A DNA stretch of 63,071 nt, counting the filler, from Octopus bimaculoides (taxonomy: Eukaryota): the NCBI RefSeq assembly GCF_001194135.2. It is 5 parts of 4 records of this genome, joined end to end, with 100 filler letters (N's around TTAATTAATTAA, not from the genome) between each part and the next. Parts side by side here need not be neighbours in the genome. Positions count along the whole stretch, not along the records: positions 11,036 to 24,998 come from NC_068986.1; positions 25,099 to 52,745 come from NC_068981.1; 3 more parts are not named here. One strand, written 5' to 3'. Below are positions 23,996 through 36,680 of the stretch, in pieces (positions within the stretch are counted from its first letter, which is position 1; each line of letters opens with the position of its first letter). The notes under the pieces are model-generated. The model had not been told where the DNA came from, did not search any database, and saw only the letters and a list, made by a program, of their open reading frames with translations. Made by a program: the position numbers and the translations under genes.

Positions 23996-24625
23996 AGGCG
24001 CAGGGGTGGCTGTGTGGAAAGTAGCTTGCTTACCAGNNNNNNNNNNNNNNNNNNNNNNNNNNNNNNNNNNNNNNNNNNNNNNNNNNNNNNNNNNNNNNNN
24101 NNNNNNNNNNNNNNNNNNNNNNNNNNNNNNNNNNNNNNNNNNNNNNNNNNNNNNNNNNNNNNNNNNNNNNNNNNNNNNNNNNNNNNNNNNNNNNNNNNNN
24201 NNNNNNNNNNNNNNNNNNNNNNNNNNNNNNNNNNNNNNNNNGTATTCTTTCTGTTGAAGAGCGTAGCTCGAAACGTCAAAGACTTTCCGTATTCCCGAGC
24301 GTCATACTAATATATACTTTTGTTATTTACACCACCTGTCCTCGTCTGTTGTTATTATTTGTATATTCTCCCATATATATATATATATATATATAGGTGT
24401 GTGTGTGTGTAAGTGCGTGTATTTTTCTGTGTCTGTGTTTGTCCTCCGAGATCGCTTGACAACCGATGCTGGTGTGTTTACACCCACGTTAGCTAGCTGT
24501 TCGGAAAAAAAAGCGATATAGTTAGTACTAGGCTTACAAAGAATAAGTCCTGGGGTCGATTTGCTCAACTAAAGGCAGTGAATCAGCATGGCCGCAGTCA
24601 AATGACTCATATAAGTATAAGAATA
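23996..24625 (+). mobile_element. tRNA-derived SINE family A head and tail, interrupted by a gap and a Penelope-like fragment
   Basis: GGCGCAGGGGTGGCTGTGTGG head at 23997; tail ATCGCTTGACAACCGATGCTGG...GCATGGCCGCAGTCAAATGAC at 24450-24610. Confidence 0.75.
24246..24282 (+). ncRNA. Minimal hammerhead-like motif, core variant (Penelope pLTR-type)
   Basis: UCUUU-CUGUUGAA-GAGC(GUA)GCUC-GAAAC-GUC-AAAGA: 5-bp stem I, 4-bp stem II, palindromic ACGU in place of stem III; A6 replaced by U. Confidence 0.5.
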
Positions 24626-24952
24626 AAGGAAAATACACACACACACACGTGCGCGGGCACACACACACACATACACACATACACATACACACACATACAC
24701 ATATATACAAAATATTGATTAGAGACAGACAGTAGGCAGTATTAATGCTGTCTTTGTCGATAGAAAATATTTTTCAACAAGCTAACAGGCTAATCCCGAC
24801 ACCAGCACCTGGTCTGGTATGTTATTCTATATATCGCTGGTGGGGAGATGAATCGCTGCTATCTCTAGAGGTCGAGCGTCCTTGCGTTGAGTTAAATTAT
24901 GCATACATACATGTATACATGTATGTATACAGGGGGAGAGATATCGGTGTGC

Positions 24953-24998
<46 letters not shown>

Positions 24999-26570
24999 NN
25001 NNNNNNNNNNNNNNNNNNNNNNNNNNNNNNNNNNNNNNNNNNTTAATTAATTAANNNNNNNNNNNNNNNNNNNNNNNNNNNNNNNNNNNNNNNNNNNNGA
25101 TACTGTTATATGGACTGTTAGATATGTAATTCGTCTGACGTTCCGTGTGTCATGTGGTTCGTCTGAGTTCATTGTTTCATTGTTGTTGTCTTGTGGGACT
25201 GTCGTAGTAAAAGGTCATTGATATATATATGGCGGACATGACTTTTGTTTATTCATAACGAACATTGGGTGAGTGCGTTCTTTGTATGTAATTGAACAAT
25301 AAATGTAATAATTAAATTGTATAACTCGTTATGTTATCTCTGCGAGTCAGTCCGAGGGAAACATAACAGATACTATATGTAACTCCTTGTATTTTAGTAC
25401 TTTGTGTGCAGTATATCTGTATTGTTGAATATGATGGTTGTTTGTATTTCATGTTCTCTGGGGTTGCTTGTAAACTGGAAAGGAGAGAGAAAGAGAGAGA
25501 ATTTGGTTAGTTCCTTTTAAGTTTTGTAGCTAGGTTATTAAGTGGGGCTGTGTGAGTGTAATATCAACTGCCTATGAAACTGTGCAGGTTTCATCAACAC
25601 ATGTAGATTAGATAGAAGTTTAAAAGACTGGGTTAGAAGATGGATCCTTACAGTATTCCTTTTGAGAGAAGAACGTGTCAATTATTGATATCAAGGATGA
25701 GTCTTTGTAAAATTTTTGAGAATGTTTTGAGTGGGAGATCAATCTGGGTGATAAGTCTTCATTTGACTTTTTGTTGGGCTGTAATGAACTGTAATGATTT
25801 TGCTTACCAAGATGTGTGCATTGAAATCACTCCCAATGATAATAGTAGAGAGGGTGTTAGGGCTACTTTAGAGGGTTGGGTTGAGTGGCTTCTCACTATT
25901 TTTTCAGGGTGTCAAGCTGGCAGAATTGTTAGCATGCCAGGCAAAATGCTTAGCAGCATTTTGTCTGTCCTTACATTCTGAGTTCAAATTCTGCTGAAGT
26001 CAACTTAGCTTTTCATCTTTTTGGGGTCAATAAGCACCAGTAATCGACTTACCCCCTCCCCCCAAATTGTTGACCTTGTGCCAAAATTTGAAAACAGTAT
26101 TTGAGAAAGTGTTTAAATATTCTAGTTGATGTATGTAACATAATGGCATAGTGGGTGAGAATTGTTATGGTATGTAGATGTGTATTACTGGCAGAAATAA
26201 ATAAAATTTTTACTTTATACACAGTTATTTTGATATTTATTTTTCTGTATCATTAGAATCTAAAATTAAGATTTAATATATTAAAGTAACCATCTATGTA
26301 TAATACTTAATGTATATACATCGTTGAATGTTACTGCAATATCCGTCCAGAGATAAAAACTCTTTGGATGAATACTGCAGTAACTTGCCTTTCAATGATT
26401 TATACACATTATGATACATAGATGACTACTTTAATATATTACTGCTCCAATTGCATATACTAAATATATATATTTACATGCACTCACATACATAGCTCTA
26501 CATACACACAATTGTTGGAATATATTGGAATATAATTAATATTGTTTCTGCATATTTTTATGGTCATTAG

Positions 26571-26722
26571 ACTCCTCAGCTGACATTAGCCAAGCCCTAC
26601 ATCGGTTAACGGAGCCTGCTGTGCCAACTCTTTCTTCTGTAATGTCCCAAGCCACCAACAAAGTGAAAGTAAAGACCATAGAATGTCCCATTGGACAACC
26701 TCTCTTCAATGAAATTTTATTT
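26571..26722 (+). CDS. RAB3GAP1: Rab3 GTPase-activating protein catalytic subunit, first visible exon
   Basis: CATTAG acceptor; DSSADISQALHRLTEPAVP...CPIGQPLFNEILF aligns by eye to human ADITHALSKLTEPAS...SPLNNDVLNTILL; GTAAGT donor; 152 nt, phase 1 to 0. Confidence 0.85.
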
Positions 26723-27407
26723 GTAAGTATGGTGTTGTTCTTATTTAACCCCCATTTTAGTCCAGCTGTGAACTTTCCCTTTAAAGGCATAATGTACTCA
26801 ACATTTCGTAAAGTTTTTGAGAATGTACTTGAGTGGGAGATCAGTCTGGGTGATAATTCTTCATTTGGAATTTTGTTGGGTTTTTGAACTGTAATGATTT
26901 TGCCTGCTTTTGTAATATCTGCATTGCTTTTGTATCCAGATGTAAGCATTGAAACCACTCCCAATGATAATATTTGAGTGTTAGGATATTCTAGTTGACG
27001 TATGTAACATGACAGCATGATGGGCAAGAATGGTTATGGTATGTAGTCTTCCTTTTTACAGTGATAAATATCATTTGAGAGAGGTTTGACTGCTATTTCT
27101 AACAGGTCAAGTGACAACATAGAAGCTTACACATTGGCTTGATATATAAATATAGTGTTACTGTGAGTGCAGAGGTCAGTGGTTCACATCTTGTTGAGAG
27201 GACTGAACTGAGTTTCAGTGTGTAGTGATTGTGCATTTGTGTGAAGTGTTGAGTTTATCTCCTGTGGGTGTGTCTAGAACAGGAATTGGATTGCATGGGC
27301 CTTATAAAACTGTCACTAGGGCTGATCACCCACTGACTATAAAAGGTTAAGTAATCGATTCTGTTGTATAATAACTAAGAACAGACTGGTAAAGAATAAA
27401 AGAAAAG

Positions 27408-27624
27408 GCCAGTACCGCCTGACTGGCCTTCGTGCCGGTGGCAAGTAAAAGCACCCACTACACTCTCGGAGTGGTTGGCGTTAGGAAGGGCATCCAGCTG
27501 TAGAAACTCTGCCAAATCAGATTGGAGCCTGGTGTAGCCATCTGGTTTCACCAGTCCTCAGTCAAATCGTCCAACCCATGCTAGCATGGAAAGCAGACGT
27601 TAAACGACGATGATGATGATGATG
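27408..27624 (+). mobile_element. RTE-type LINE 3' UTR fragment with (GAT)n tail
   Basis: GCCTGACTGGCCTTCGTGCCGGTGG...GGAAGGGCATCCAGCTGTAGAAACTCTGCC...CATGCTAGCATGGAAAGC.GACGTTAAACGA(TGA)n. A decayed version of this tail follows RTE ORF ends at 28921-29370 and 51300-52421. Confidence 0.85.
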
Positions 27625-28608
27625 AATGATACAGATTTATCTGTTCGACTGAGAACATAGTTTTGAAACTCTGAAATCTGAGGAAACTGAAGTGATGGCC
27701 TGAGTTGGCAATCAATAATCAATAGTTGAAGTGAGAAATGTAAATTCTAACATTTTAAGTCTTTTCTTTCATCTGAAAGTGAGGAAGAGAGAAAAAGTGT
27801 TGTTGTATGGGCAAATAAAATTTTATGGGTCTATAGCTTAAATGACATTAGACTCTAGACTTGAATTTCATATTTTTGAATGATTGAACTCTATGACTCA
27901 AACTGTCATGTCTCTCAGTTTTACAGAAACACAGCTGTCCTTATCTGTAGAGTTTTAGAAGGCTGCCAGCTGAGTAGGTCATGGGTCATAGCCCATTTTT
28001 AGCACTGTAATGAATCTATGCTTGATACTTTTAACTCTTAAATGGTCTGGTCTACTAGATAAGTATATTATGGTACCTGTTTACAACTCATTACTGTAAG
28101 CAGTGGGAGCACTGTATGTATATTTGATGAACGTTTCATTCACTTGAATACTGTAAATCCCATGAGTGTCTATGTATGTGTTAGCTGTAGAAATGAAATA
28201 CCTGTGTGTAAAAGGTATAGTTTTATTGTATATTGAGACAGATTTAATTCTTTATTCATCAGTTTATGTAGCTCTTGTGAAAATGTACTATATTATCTAG
28301 AGATGTTAGTTGAGTTACATTTGTAAACTGTCCAAGAGCAGATTTTTATCTCATTTGCCTGAAGCCATGAAACCAGAGTTCATCCCTTAGGAAGTCATTT
28401 ACAATATATTAACACTTGCGTTTTTACATGAATATCTTTTCTAAAGAGATAAGGGTTAGGGTTCACTTATCATGAATCAGATACCTTGTCTGATGATCAT
28501 TTAATCATCCAATTAGTTATGGGACTTTAATCTTCCACTCCTTCAAAGCAAATTTTCATTTGGTTTTCAATAGCCTGATTTATTTTTGGATTTTTTGGAA
28601 ACTTCTAG

Positions 28609-28710
28609 TTTCTCTTTCCGGATGCCCGTCCTGACCAAGATCCTGACACCATCAACCAACCTTCTGAAGATTACTTTGAAGTTCCTCTTTCAAGAGTAGA
28701 GTTGAAACAG
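28609..28710 (+). CDS. RAB3GAP1: RAB3GAP1 exon
   Basis: FLFPDARPDQDP...VELKQ (human FLFPDA); AG/GT, 102 nt, phase 0 to 0. Confidence 0.9.
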
Positions 28711-28920
28711 GTTTGTTTCATTATCATTCTCTGTTATTTTTTTTTTTTTTGATGATCATTACCATTTTCTGGGGTTTTTTTTCCTACACTGGCATACGTG
28801 GACTGGTCTTGCAGCATCAAATCACCACTCATAGTCCTTAGTCATTTGATACACAGAAAGTGCTAACTGGCAAACTTTGGTGTGTTTTTTGTATAGTCTT
28901 CCTGACTGGGCATCAGATAT

Positions 28921-29372
28921 GGTGTGCAAGAGAGAAGACTGCACTGACATGGTTATGTGATGTACATGGATGAGAACAGCTGCATAAAGAAGTGCCAATC
29001 TCTAACTATGGAGAGAACCTGTGGAAGAGGTAGATCCAGGAAAACGGGTGGAAGTGGTGGAGAATGGATCTTTGGATGTTGAGTTTCATGTAGGCGATGA
29101 CAAGTGATTGAGACCTTTCATGCTTTGCTGTGCTTGAGAAGACACGTAAAAGGCACCTGTGCTGGTGACACATAAAAAGCACGTATGCTGGTGACATATA
29201 TAATGCACCCACTACACTCTTGGTGTGGTTAGCATTGGAAAGGGCATCCAGCTGTAGAAACCAAGCCAAACCAGACTGGAGTCTGGTACAGCTATCTAGC
29301 TTACCAGTTCCAGTCAAACTGTCTAACCCATGCTAGCATGGAAAACAGACACTGAATGAGGATGATGATAAT
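28921..29372 (+). mobile_element. RTE LINE ORF C-terminus and 3' UTR (decayed)
   Basis: VQERRLHxHGYVM...GRGRSRKTG-like remnant followed by the (GAT)n-tailed UTR. Confidence 0.75.
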
Positions 29373-29513
29373 GTGAATAAATAAGCATTACCTTTGACAG
29401 AGTAATCTGAATGCTAAAGTTTTAAGATGGTGACGGTGTGATTTGAGGGAAATTTTTTATTTTAACTTTATAACTTCATCCTACAGAGAATTGATTTAAT
29501 GATTTTATTTTAG

Positions 29514-29686
29514 GAAATGGCTAAACAGCTGAAGTCTGCACCCCTGGATAGCCTCACTACACGAATGGCCACATGTTTGTGCCTCATAAACCGAAATCAT
29601 GGTGGTTGGAAAGCAGTGGCACAACTATGGCAAGAAATTGTGTTGGAGCTACGCTATCGTCTTGATAACAATTATTTAATCTCTGG
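29514..29686 (+). CDS. RAB3GAP1: RAB3GAP1 exon
   Basis: KQLKSAPLDSLTTRMATCLCLINRNHGGWKAVAQLWQEIVLELRYRLDNNYLISG (human KSAPSDSL...HGGLKGVAHLWQEFVLEMRFRWENN); 173 nt, phase 0 to 2. Confidence 0.95.
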
Positions 29687-29759
29687 GTAAATTTTGCATT
29701 TCTACTCAACCATTTTTAACAAATCTTGCTGATAACACTCTTACCAATTGTTTCATGTT

Positions 29760-29970
29760 CCTAGTCACATATTCAGCCCAAATATTTTGCCTGTTTTATG
29801 TTCAAACCAGCTAGAGCTGGCCTCTCACACCTACCTTACAATATCATTCTAGAACTATACTGTCACATAATCAAAATCTCAAAGCTATGAGATAATGCAT
29901 GATTAATTCAAAACAATGTGAATAAATAAACATTACATTTAAAAGAGTAGTTTGAATGCTAGAGTTAAAT
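29760..29970 (+). repeat. Dispersed MITE/SINE-like repeat (related pieces ~29375-29460 and ~50700-50830 minus)
   Basis: Shared motif TGTGAATAAATAA.CATTAC.TTT.A.AGAGTA.T.TGAATGCTA.AG occurs twice within 600 bp; AATATTTT...CCTAC...CATGT segment recurs inverted near 50750. Confidence 0.5.
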
Positions 29971-30084
29971 CAACTGTTTAGGTCACTGACACTGAGTTCT
30001 TTCCCTCCTTCTCTCTCTCACACACACACATATCAAAGTTTTATTTTGTTATTTCAAAATTTATTGTTTTGATTCGGCTAACAG

Positions 30085-30139
30085 GATTGAGTCTGGACCT
30101 CCAAACATGGGGAGCTGTATTCTTCATCAGAAATTGCAG
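30085..30139 (+). CDS. RAB3GAP1: RAB3GAP1 exon
   Basis: IESGPPNMGSCILHQKLQ (human ASGPPDLRCCLLHQKLQ); 55 nt, GTGAGT donor. Confidence 0.95.
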
Positions 30140-30633
30140 GTGAGTAAAGAGAATTCCTCCTCCCCTAAACATTTGTTCTTCCTTATTCCTTGTTATTGTT
30201 ATCTTAATAATTTCTTTCTATATAAACTAGAAAATAAAAGCATTATTATTATTTTTATTATTTATAAACAATATAGTAAGAACAAATGATAACATGCCAA
30301 ACTAAATGTACAACAGTATTCAGTTTCACCCCACTCTCTAACTTAGAGTTCAAACCCCACTGAGGTTACTTTTGTCTTTCATCTTACTGGGATCAGTAGA
30401 ATAAGTACTAGTTAGATACTGAGGTTGATTTAACCAACTGTACCTCTGGTGTCTTTATCTGTGACTGATGAGATACTTGAACTAATGAGAAGTCTATGTA
30501 GTTGCTCAACCTGTTAGAAATAGAAGCTAAATGTTCAGATATTGATCAGGTTAACTTTCTTTTGCCTTTCTTCTGCTGCTAAAATAAATACCAGTAATAT
30601 ACTGAAACAAGTATAAAAGATAAATTCCAAGTA

Positions 30634-30991
30634 GGCGTAGGAGTGGCTGTGTGGTAAGTAGCTTGCTTACCAACCACATGGTTCCGGGTTCAGTCCCACT
30701 GCGTGGCACCTTGGGCAAGTGTCTTCTACTATAGCCTCGGGCCAAGCAAAGCCTTGTGAGTGGATTTCGTAGACGGAGACTGAAAGAAGCCCGTCATATA
30801 TATANNNNNNNNNNTGACAACTGATGCTGGTGTGTTTACGTCCCCGTAACTTAGCGGTTCGGCAAAAGAGACCAATAGAATAAGTACTAGGCTTACAAAG
30901 AATAAGTCCTGGGGTCGATTTGCTCGACTAAAGGCGGTGCTCCAGCATGGCCGCAGTCAAATGACTGGAACAAGTAAAAGAGTAAAGAGTA
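30634..30991 (+). mobile_element. tRNA-derived SINE family A, near-complete copy
   Basis: A-box-like TGGCTGTGTGG, B-box-like GGTTCAGTCCC, body and GTAAAAGA-type tail; short gap at 30805-30814. Further partial copies near 32390, 34870, 37080(-), 40460, 42357, 59885(-), 60900, 61395 and 62820(-). Confidence 0.9.
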
Positions 30992-31735
30992 AGTAGTTCA
31001 TTGTACCTATTTTGTTTCATTTATGTTGCATTTGGGTATAAAGCATGAAAACCACAGCTTCCAAGGCCTCACTTCTTATGTTATGTGGTACATATACACA
31101 GTTAACTGAACTGAGGCAGTGAAAGTTAGGTGTCTTTAACACATCCTGTGCAACATTGATTACTGGAATGTTAATTGTAGCTCTTGGGACTCCAATAGTC
31201 CAACATCTTTTCATCCTAATCAGCTATGGTTTAGAACTTACATTAGCAATTACTATTTATCATTATGGTCAGGTTCTAGTCTCGGGTGCAGCAACAAAGT
31301 CTACCTTTCACACTTCTTGCTCTATCATCCTCCGGGTGTTCTAGTGGCGGATAGGGGAAAGGCCTTCAGATATAAAGGTTAGCGGTGAATATAAAAATAA
31401 ACAGTCCTGGACCAAACATATCTAGAGGAGTAAACCTCAATGATAAAAATTACCAGCTTTGAATTGCAGGAAGTTGGTATGCGGTGGATGCAAGCTTCAA
31501 CAAACTGATTCATTGGATCCATACAATTTCTGCCTCACTGAAGGAGATTCTGTCTCTACTAATGAGGAAATGCAGTCTGCTGTAGGTGTATATGACCCCT
31601 GTCAGTATTAAGCTACTGAAAGGCCAAAATGATAAGGTTTACATTAGCAAGCTTGTTATTTGCCTCAACATTGTTCAGTAAACTTTTATATGTAACATAA
31701 TTCCTTATTGTCATTTCTGAATTGAATGTTTGTAG

Positions 31736-32286
31736 ATGCTAAATTGCTGTATTGAAAAAAGAAGGAAGCGAGAAATGCAGTCATTGGAGAATGCTCGAGC
31801 AGGGAGTCCACAAAACTCATCACCTCATCATAATCGTCATAGCAGTGGGGAAGATAGTCCTTGGGATTCTCCACGTCACAGTATGTTAGCAGCAGAAATG
31901 CACAGTCGGCTTTCACCATTGATGAAACATAATCTGATGCGACCAGACTCTCGGACTTCAGCTAGTATCGATAGTTATTCAGGAAGTGATGAAGAATTCT
32001 TTGACTGTGATGAACACCAAAAAGAAGCTTCTAAGTCTGAAGACGTAGAGATGGAAGATGAGAGTGAGTCCGGTTTTCCTGCTGATGCAGCAGGAGGCAA
32101 GAGTAAGGGGAATGGCAAAGATCTAGGTGGAGAGTCTTACGTTTCAACTGAACCCGAGGGTCGCTTGCGGGTATTTGGCAATGCTAAGCTTTTAAACATT
32201 AATGAACAGCTGTATATTCCTGTGACACAAGAACCTGCCCCTATGACTGAAGATATGCTTGAGGAACATGCAGAAGTTCTTGCCAG
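31736..32286 (+). CDS. RAB3GAP1: RAB3GAP1 exon (FFAT motif, start of catalytic domain)
   Basis: MLNCCIEKRR...SDEEFFDC...PEGRL...LYIPVTQEPAPMTEDMLEEHAEVLAR; 551 nt, phase 0 to 2. Confidence 0.97.
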
Positions 32287-33059
32287 GTAAGTTGTATTTT
32301 CGTTTTTTTAAGAAACTTTCGCAAAGAAAAAAGAATTTGCATTTTTTTTTATTCACTGTTGATATTAGTTGTTTATTGTTATCATGTAAGCATGGCTGTG
32401 TGGATGAGAAGCTTGTTTCCCAGTCCCACTGTGTGGCAGCTTGGCCAAATGTTTTCTACTATAACCCCTGGCCAACCAATGCCTTGTGAGTAGATTTGGA
32501 CAGAAACTGAAAGAAGCTGGTCATATATATGTATGTGTGTTTCCCTTTGTCTAGACATCACATGATGATTGTAATGAGCATTATTGTCATTACAAGTGAG
32601 ATTGTTAATTTTCTGTCTTCTACATGTCTAGCTATGGGAAAATATTACCTTGCTTGGAAACAAGCGAGAGTTGGTGACAGGAAGGGCATCTGAGGTTGGG
32701 TCAGTGGGGCATGCACCATTGCTGTGTATTGCTACATCCACCATTTTGTTGGGATCTGCTCAGGTCATCCTGGGTGACACTCTGAGCAGTGATCCAGTCA
32801 GTGCCCGTCTTTGCTAGATACCTCCTCATCTGTCATGACCGTGAGGTAGGTGACCAACTCGAGCCGTCACCCCAGTTGGATCCTCAGAAAAGGGAAGATG
32901 GTATGCAGAATCCGACTCAGAAAAACCAAGCATCATGACCAAACAGTCATGCGTCATACAGGTAGCATGATGCATCCCAGTTTCTGAGTATAGTTGTTGG
33001 TTGAATATGAAATCCAACCAATGGCAGTCCATAATCCTGCTAAGTATCCTGGTTCCTAA

Positions 33060-33400
33060 GGAGTTCAGGCAGTTCCAAAGGGCTCCAGACAGTGTCTAAG
33101 TCACCCAACTGTAAAGCAAGACAGGAATATCCAGAAACCTGACGACCCAAACCTTTGTCCTCTTGCTCAGATATGCAAAGCATTTTACAGCATGCACTGG
33201 ATACTTTTTTTGTTCCACTTGCACGAGCGAGGTTGCAACTTTATGCTTGGAGTTGCAGTATAAAGATGGGTAAAGTATAAAAGAAAAGGCTCCAGAACAG
33301 AACACGTTTCTTGCTGTGTGTAGCCTTGCAACTTACTCACATTTTAGAAGAGAGATTAGGAATAATTGGATGAAGCTGGAAAGTGAGAAAATTGGTAGGG
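33060..33400 (-). mobile_element. Possible degenerate Tx1/L1-like RT fragment
   Basis: Minus-strand remnants such as SVLEPFL resemble the LEPLL segment preceding YADD in L1-group RTs; heavily decayed. Confidence 0.35.
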
Positions 33401-34513
33401 GTCATATGTCAGGGTGGACCTTCAGAATACAAGGTGGGTAGGAACGAGTTTTTTTTATATAAACAGTTGGTATTGGGGTTTCTTTTTACAGCAGGATTTC
33501 GTTTAATGCCATGTCCTGCATCCATAATTCGGTATATGGCAGCAAACTGATCTTAAGTTACAAGGAAAAATTTTGTTGGTTCAAAGTTTTCTTAATTCTG
33601 GTTGTAGTCATAATTCCAGGTAAATAGAGATAAGAGTTTGGTTTTGATCTTCCATTTACATTACATTGTTTATCTCCTTTTCAAAGCACAAACATCATAA
33701 CTACCTCTTGTGATTGGATCATCAGGATCTGTAGGGCATCAGACGAAAATCTTATTGGTATTTACTTGTGTTTATTTACGCTCTTAATTTGAACTCCACC
33801 AAAATCGACTTTGCTGTTCATTTGGAGGTTAGTGAATAAGTACTAGTCAAGCAGAATCGATATAATGCTCTATATCCTCTAGCACAGTTTGTGACATTGT
33901 GCTTCGAGTTAAAAACAATTTATGTTATGTTATATAAAGTGATGGAATTTTCAGTGTTGATGAAGAAAGTTGTCTCCCTTATTGACTCTGCTATACTTAA
34001 TATTTTCTGGTCTTTTTATAAATTAATTTTCTAATTGAAACATATAACATTTATTCGATAAGATAAGTTCAAATTTACTCTCATAATGACTCTATGTTAT
34101 ACTTTATAGTTATATTTGCATAAATCACTGGTTCTTGAACTACAATTTTTCTTATAAGGTTACTTTAGTATAGAAGAACAGTGTTTATATTTATTAGCTA
34201 ATTAAGAAAATAAGAATAGAGCAAACAACTGATTTTATTAAAACAATTTTGATTCATAGAAGAAATAGAGAACTAGTACAAATGTATAAACTATATGTGC
34301 TGTAGTTCTTCGTGTGGCCTTCTGTTTCTTCTAAATTCACATTAAGTTATATTCAACTATTTATTTCATCTTCTCAGTTTCAATGTTTAGTTTTCCATTT
34401 TTCTGACAAAAAGTTGGTTCTTCTGCCAAGTCAAAAGTGAATACCATTCAGCATGTTCATACCGACAGACAAGATTATAATCTGTTAATGCTTCATGTGT
34501 TTATTTCTTGCAG

Positions 34514-34595
34514 ACTGGGTTCATCAGCTGAGGGGTCCCAACTAAGAGCCAGGATGCAGAGTGCTTGTCTACTATCTGATATGGAATCTTTTAAG
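34514..34595 (+). CDS. RAB3GAP1: RAB3GAP1 exon
   Basis: LGSSAEGSQLRARMQSACLLSDMESFK; 82 nt. Confidence 0.97.
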
Positions 34596-35700
34596 GTGAT
34601 GTAAATTTCATTAATTTATTTTTTTTATAATTGTTTTGTCTTTTGATTACAGAAGAAACAAATGAGACTAATTATAATAATTTTTAATATTAGCAACATC
34701 ACATTACTGAAGTACAGTTCTTGTTTAGATTCACTTGTATCACATTCCTAGTAAAGAAATCTTATTAATTCCTTTTCAAATTATAGCTGAAGCATGTAGG
34801 AGTGAAATTTGAGATATTTCTGCTAGAATATGGTACCAACATAGCCATGGCCAAGAATTAATTATTTTTGTTTTGCAAGCATGCAGTTTTGGGTTCAATC
34901 CCTCTCTGCAGTACTTTTGGCAAGTGTTTTCTTGGGTTGACCAAAACTTTGTAAGTGAAAGCTGATGGACAGAGGTTGTGTAGAACTTTTAGTATGTGTT
35001 AAAGTACAAAGTAACATGTGAACACAAAGGATGAAAAAAGAAAAGAGTATGCAATACATTTTGTAGTGTTTCATCTTACATATTGTATTCTAAAAACTAC
35101 ACTAACCATTGCTCTGAGTTTCTTGCCCTAATCTTCAAGCAATCTTTAATTAATCTTTTATGTTTTAGCTGCAATTTGGAAAGGCTGGGGGGATGGATTA
35201 ACAACCTTACTTAATCAGGAATGTGTTACAAGTGACTTCAAAATATAAGACTCACTAATGTGATCATCATCATTGTTTTACATCTTCTTTCCATACTGAT
35301 ATGGGTTGGACAGGACATTACAGTCAGTTGTGTGTTCACATGTGGAGTCTTGTCTTACTGAAGTTTTATTTTTGGCTTGATTTCTACAGCAGGATATCTT
35401 TCTTAACACCAATCACTTTACAAAAGGTACTGGCTGCTTTTTTTTTGTAGCACCAGCACTAGTGAGATGCCATGTCTTCTAGAAGACTAAAGGGTCTTTG
35501 CACTTTACTGAGTGTACTGGGTGCATTTTTCACAAAATAGCCATTTCTTGATCTCACAATCACATCTTTGCTTGCATGCCAGCTTCTGTATAGTGTGAAA
35601 ATGATAAAGGCATAAAATATGGTGAAGAGAAGAGAGGGATAACAAAATTTCATCAAAGAAGATGAAACTTTGAGTAAGGGCTAATGAAGTTTTCAGTTCA

Positions 35701-35747
<47 letters not shown>

Positions 35748-36680
35748 AAGGTGCATGGCTCAGTAGTTAGAGTAGTGGGCTTACAATCACGAAGTTGTGA
35801 GTTCAATTCCTTGACTGGGTTGTGTGTCGTGTTCTTGAGCAAAATACTTTATTTTACGTTGCTCCAGTTCGCTCAGCTGTAGAAATGAGGTGCCAAGTTG
35901 TATTAGTCTTTGCCTTTCTCTTGGATAACATCTGTAGTGTAGAGAGATATACTGAGTCAACTCAGGTGATTTTCATACTCTTCTTCATAAAGATTGGCCT
36001 TGTTTCTGTTAAAAAGAGGTAAATCATTATTTTTGACACGGATAACATGATTTGCAATTATAAATTTAAAGGAAAATAAATATTTGAAACGCGTGTTTTA
36101 TGACTAAATGTATGCTTTTGAATAACAAATCAGTTTGTATGTTTGATTATTTAGACTATGATAAATATGGTAATGTTATTTGTCTAAGTCATATTATTCT
36201 ACTTTGTAATATAACCATTCAACACATCCTATTCTTCTTCCTAATAAGAATTACTCCTTGAGTCATAAGACCATACTGTTTTTTTTGTAAGAGAGTTGTA
36301 TAACTGACTGAACTGACATCACATAATTGCAGTTACTCATTTTTATTGATCCAGTTAGATGAAAGTTGATTCTGGTGGAAGTTAACTCTGGTCCAAGATG
36401 AATGAATCTATATAAAGTTTTAATCTAAAAGAATTACAGTAATTATTTTGACCTTCTTCATCAATTTACATCATTTCTAACATCTATTTTTAAAAATTAT
36501 TCATGATTTTTCAAACAAAGTTTTTTTAATGTAATATTAAAGCTATTTCCTTTTAATTCTATTTTCACTTATTTAAAAATCTTAAAGGAACTAAAACGAC
36601 TTCTTTTTATTCTCTTATCAGAATCTGTCAAATTTGGTAACTGCATCCTATATTAAAAATATATCTTAATTATTTTGCAG

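Noticed and set aside
30634-30720. tRNA-like heads of SINEs as tRNA genes
   Set aside because: A/B-box-like motifs continue into SINE bodies and I could not fold a full cloverleaf; annotated as SINEs.
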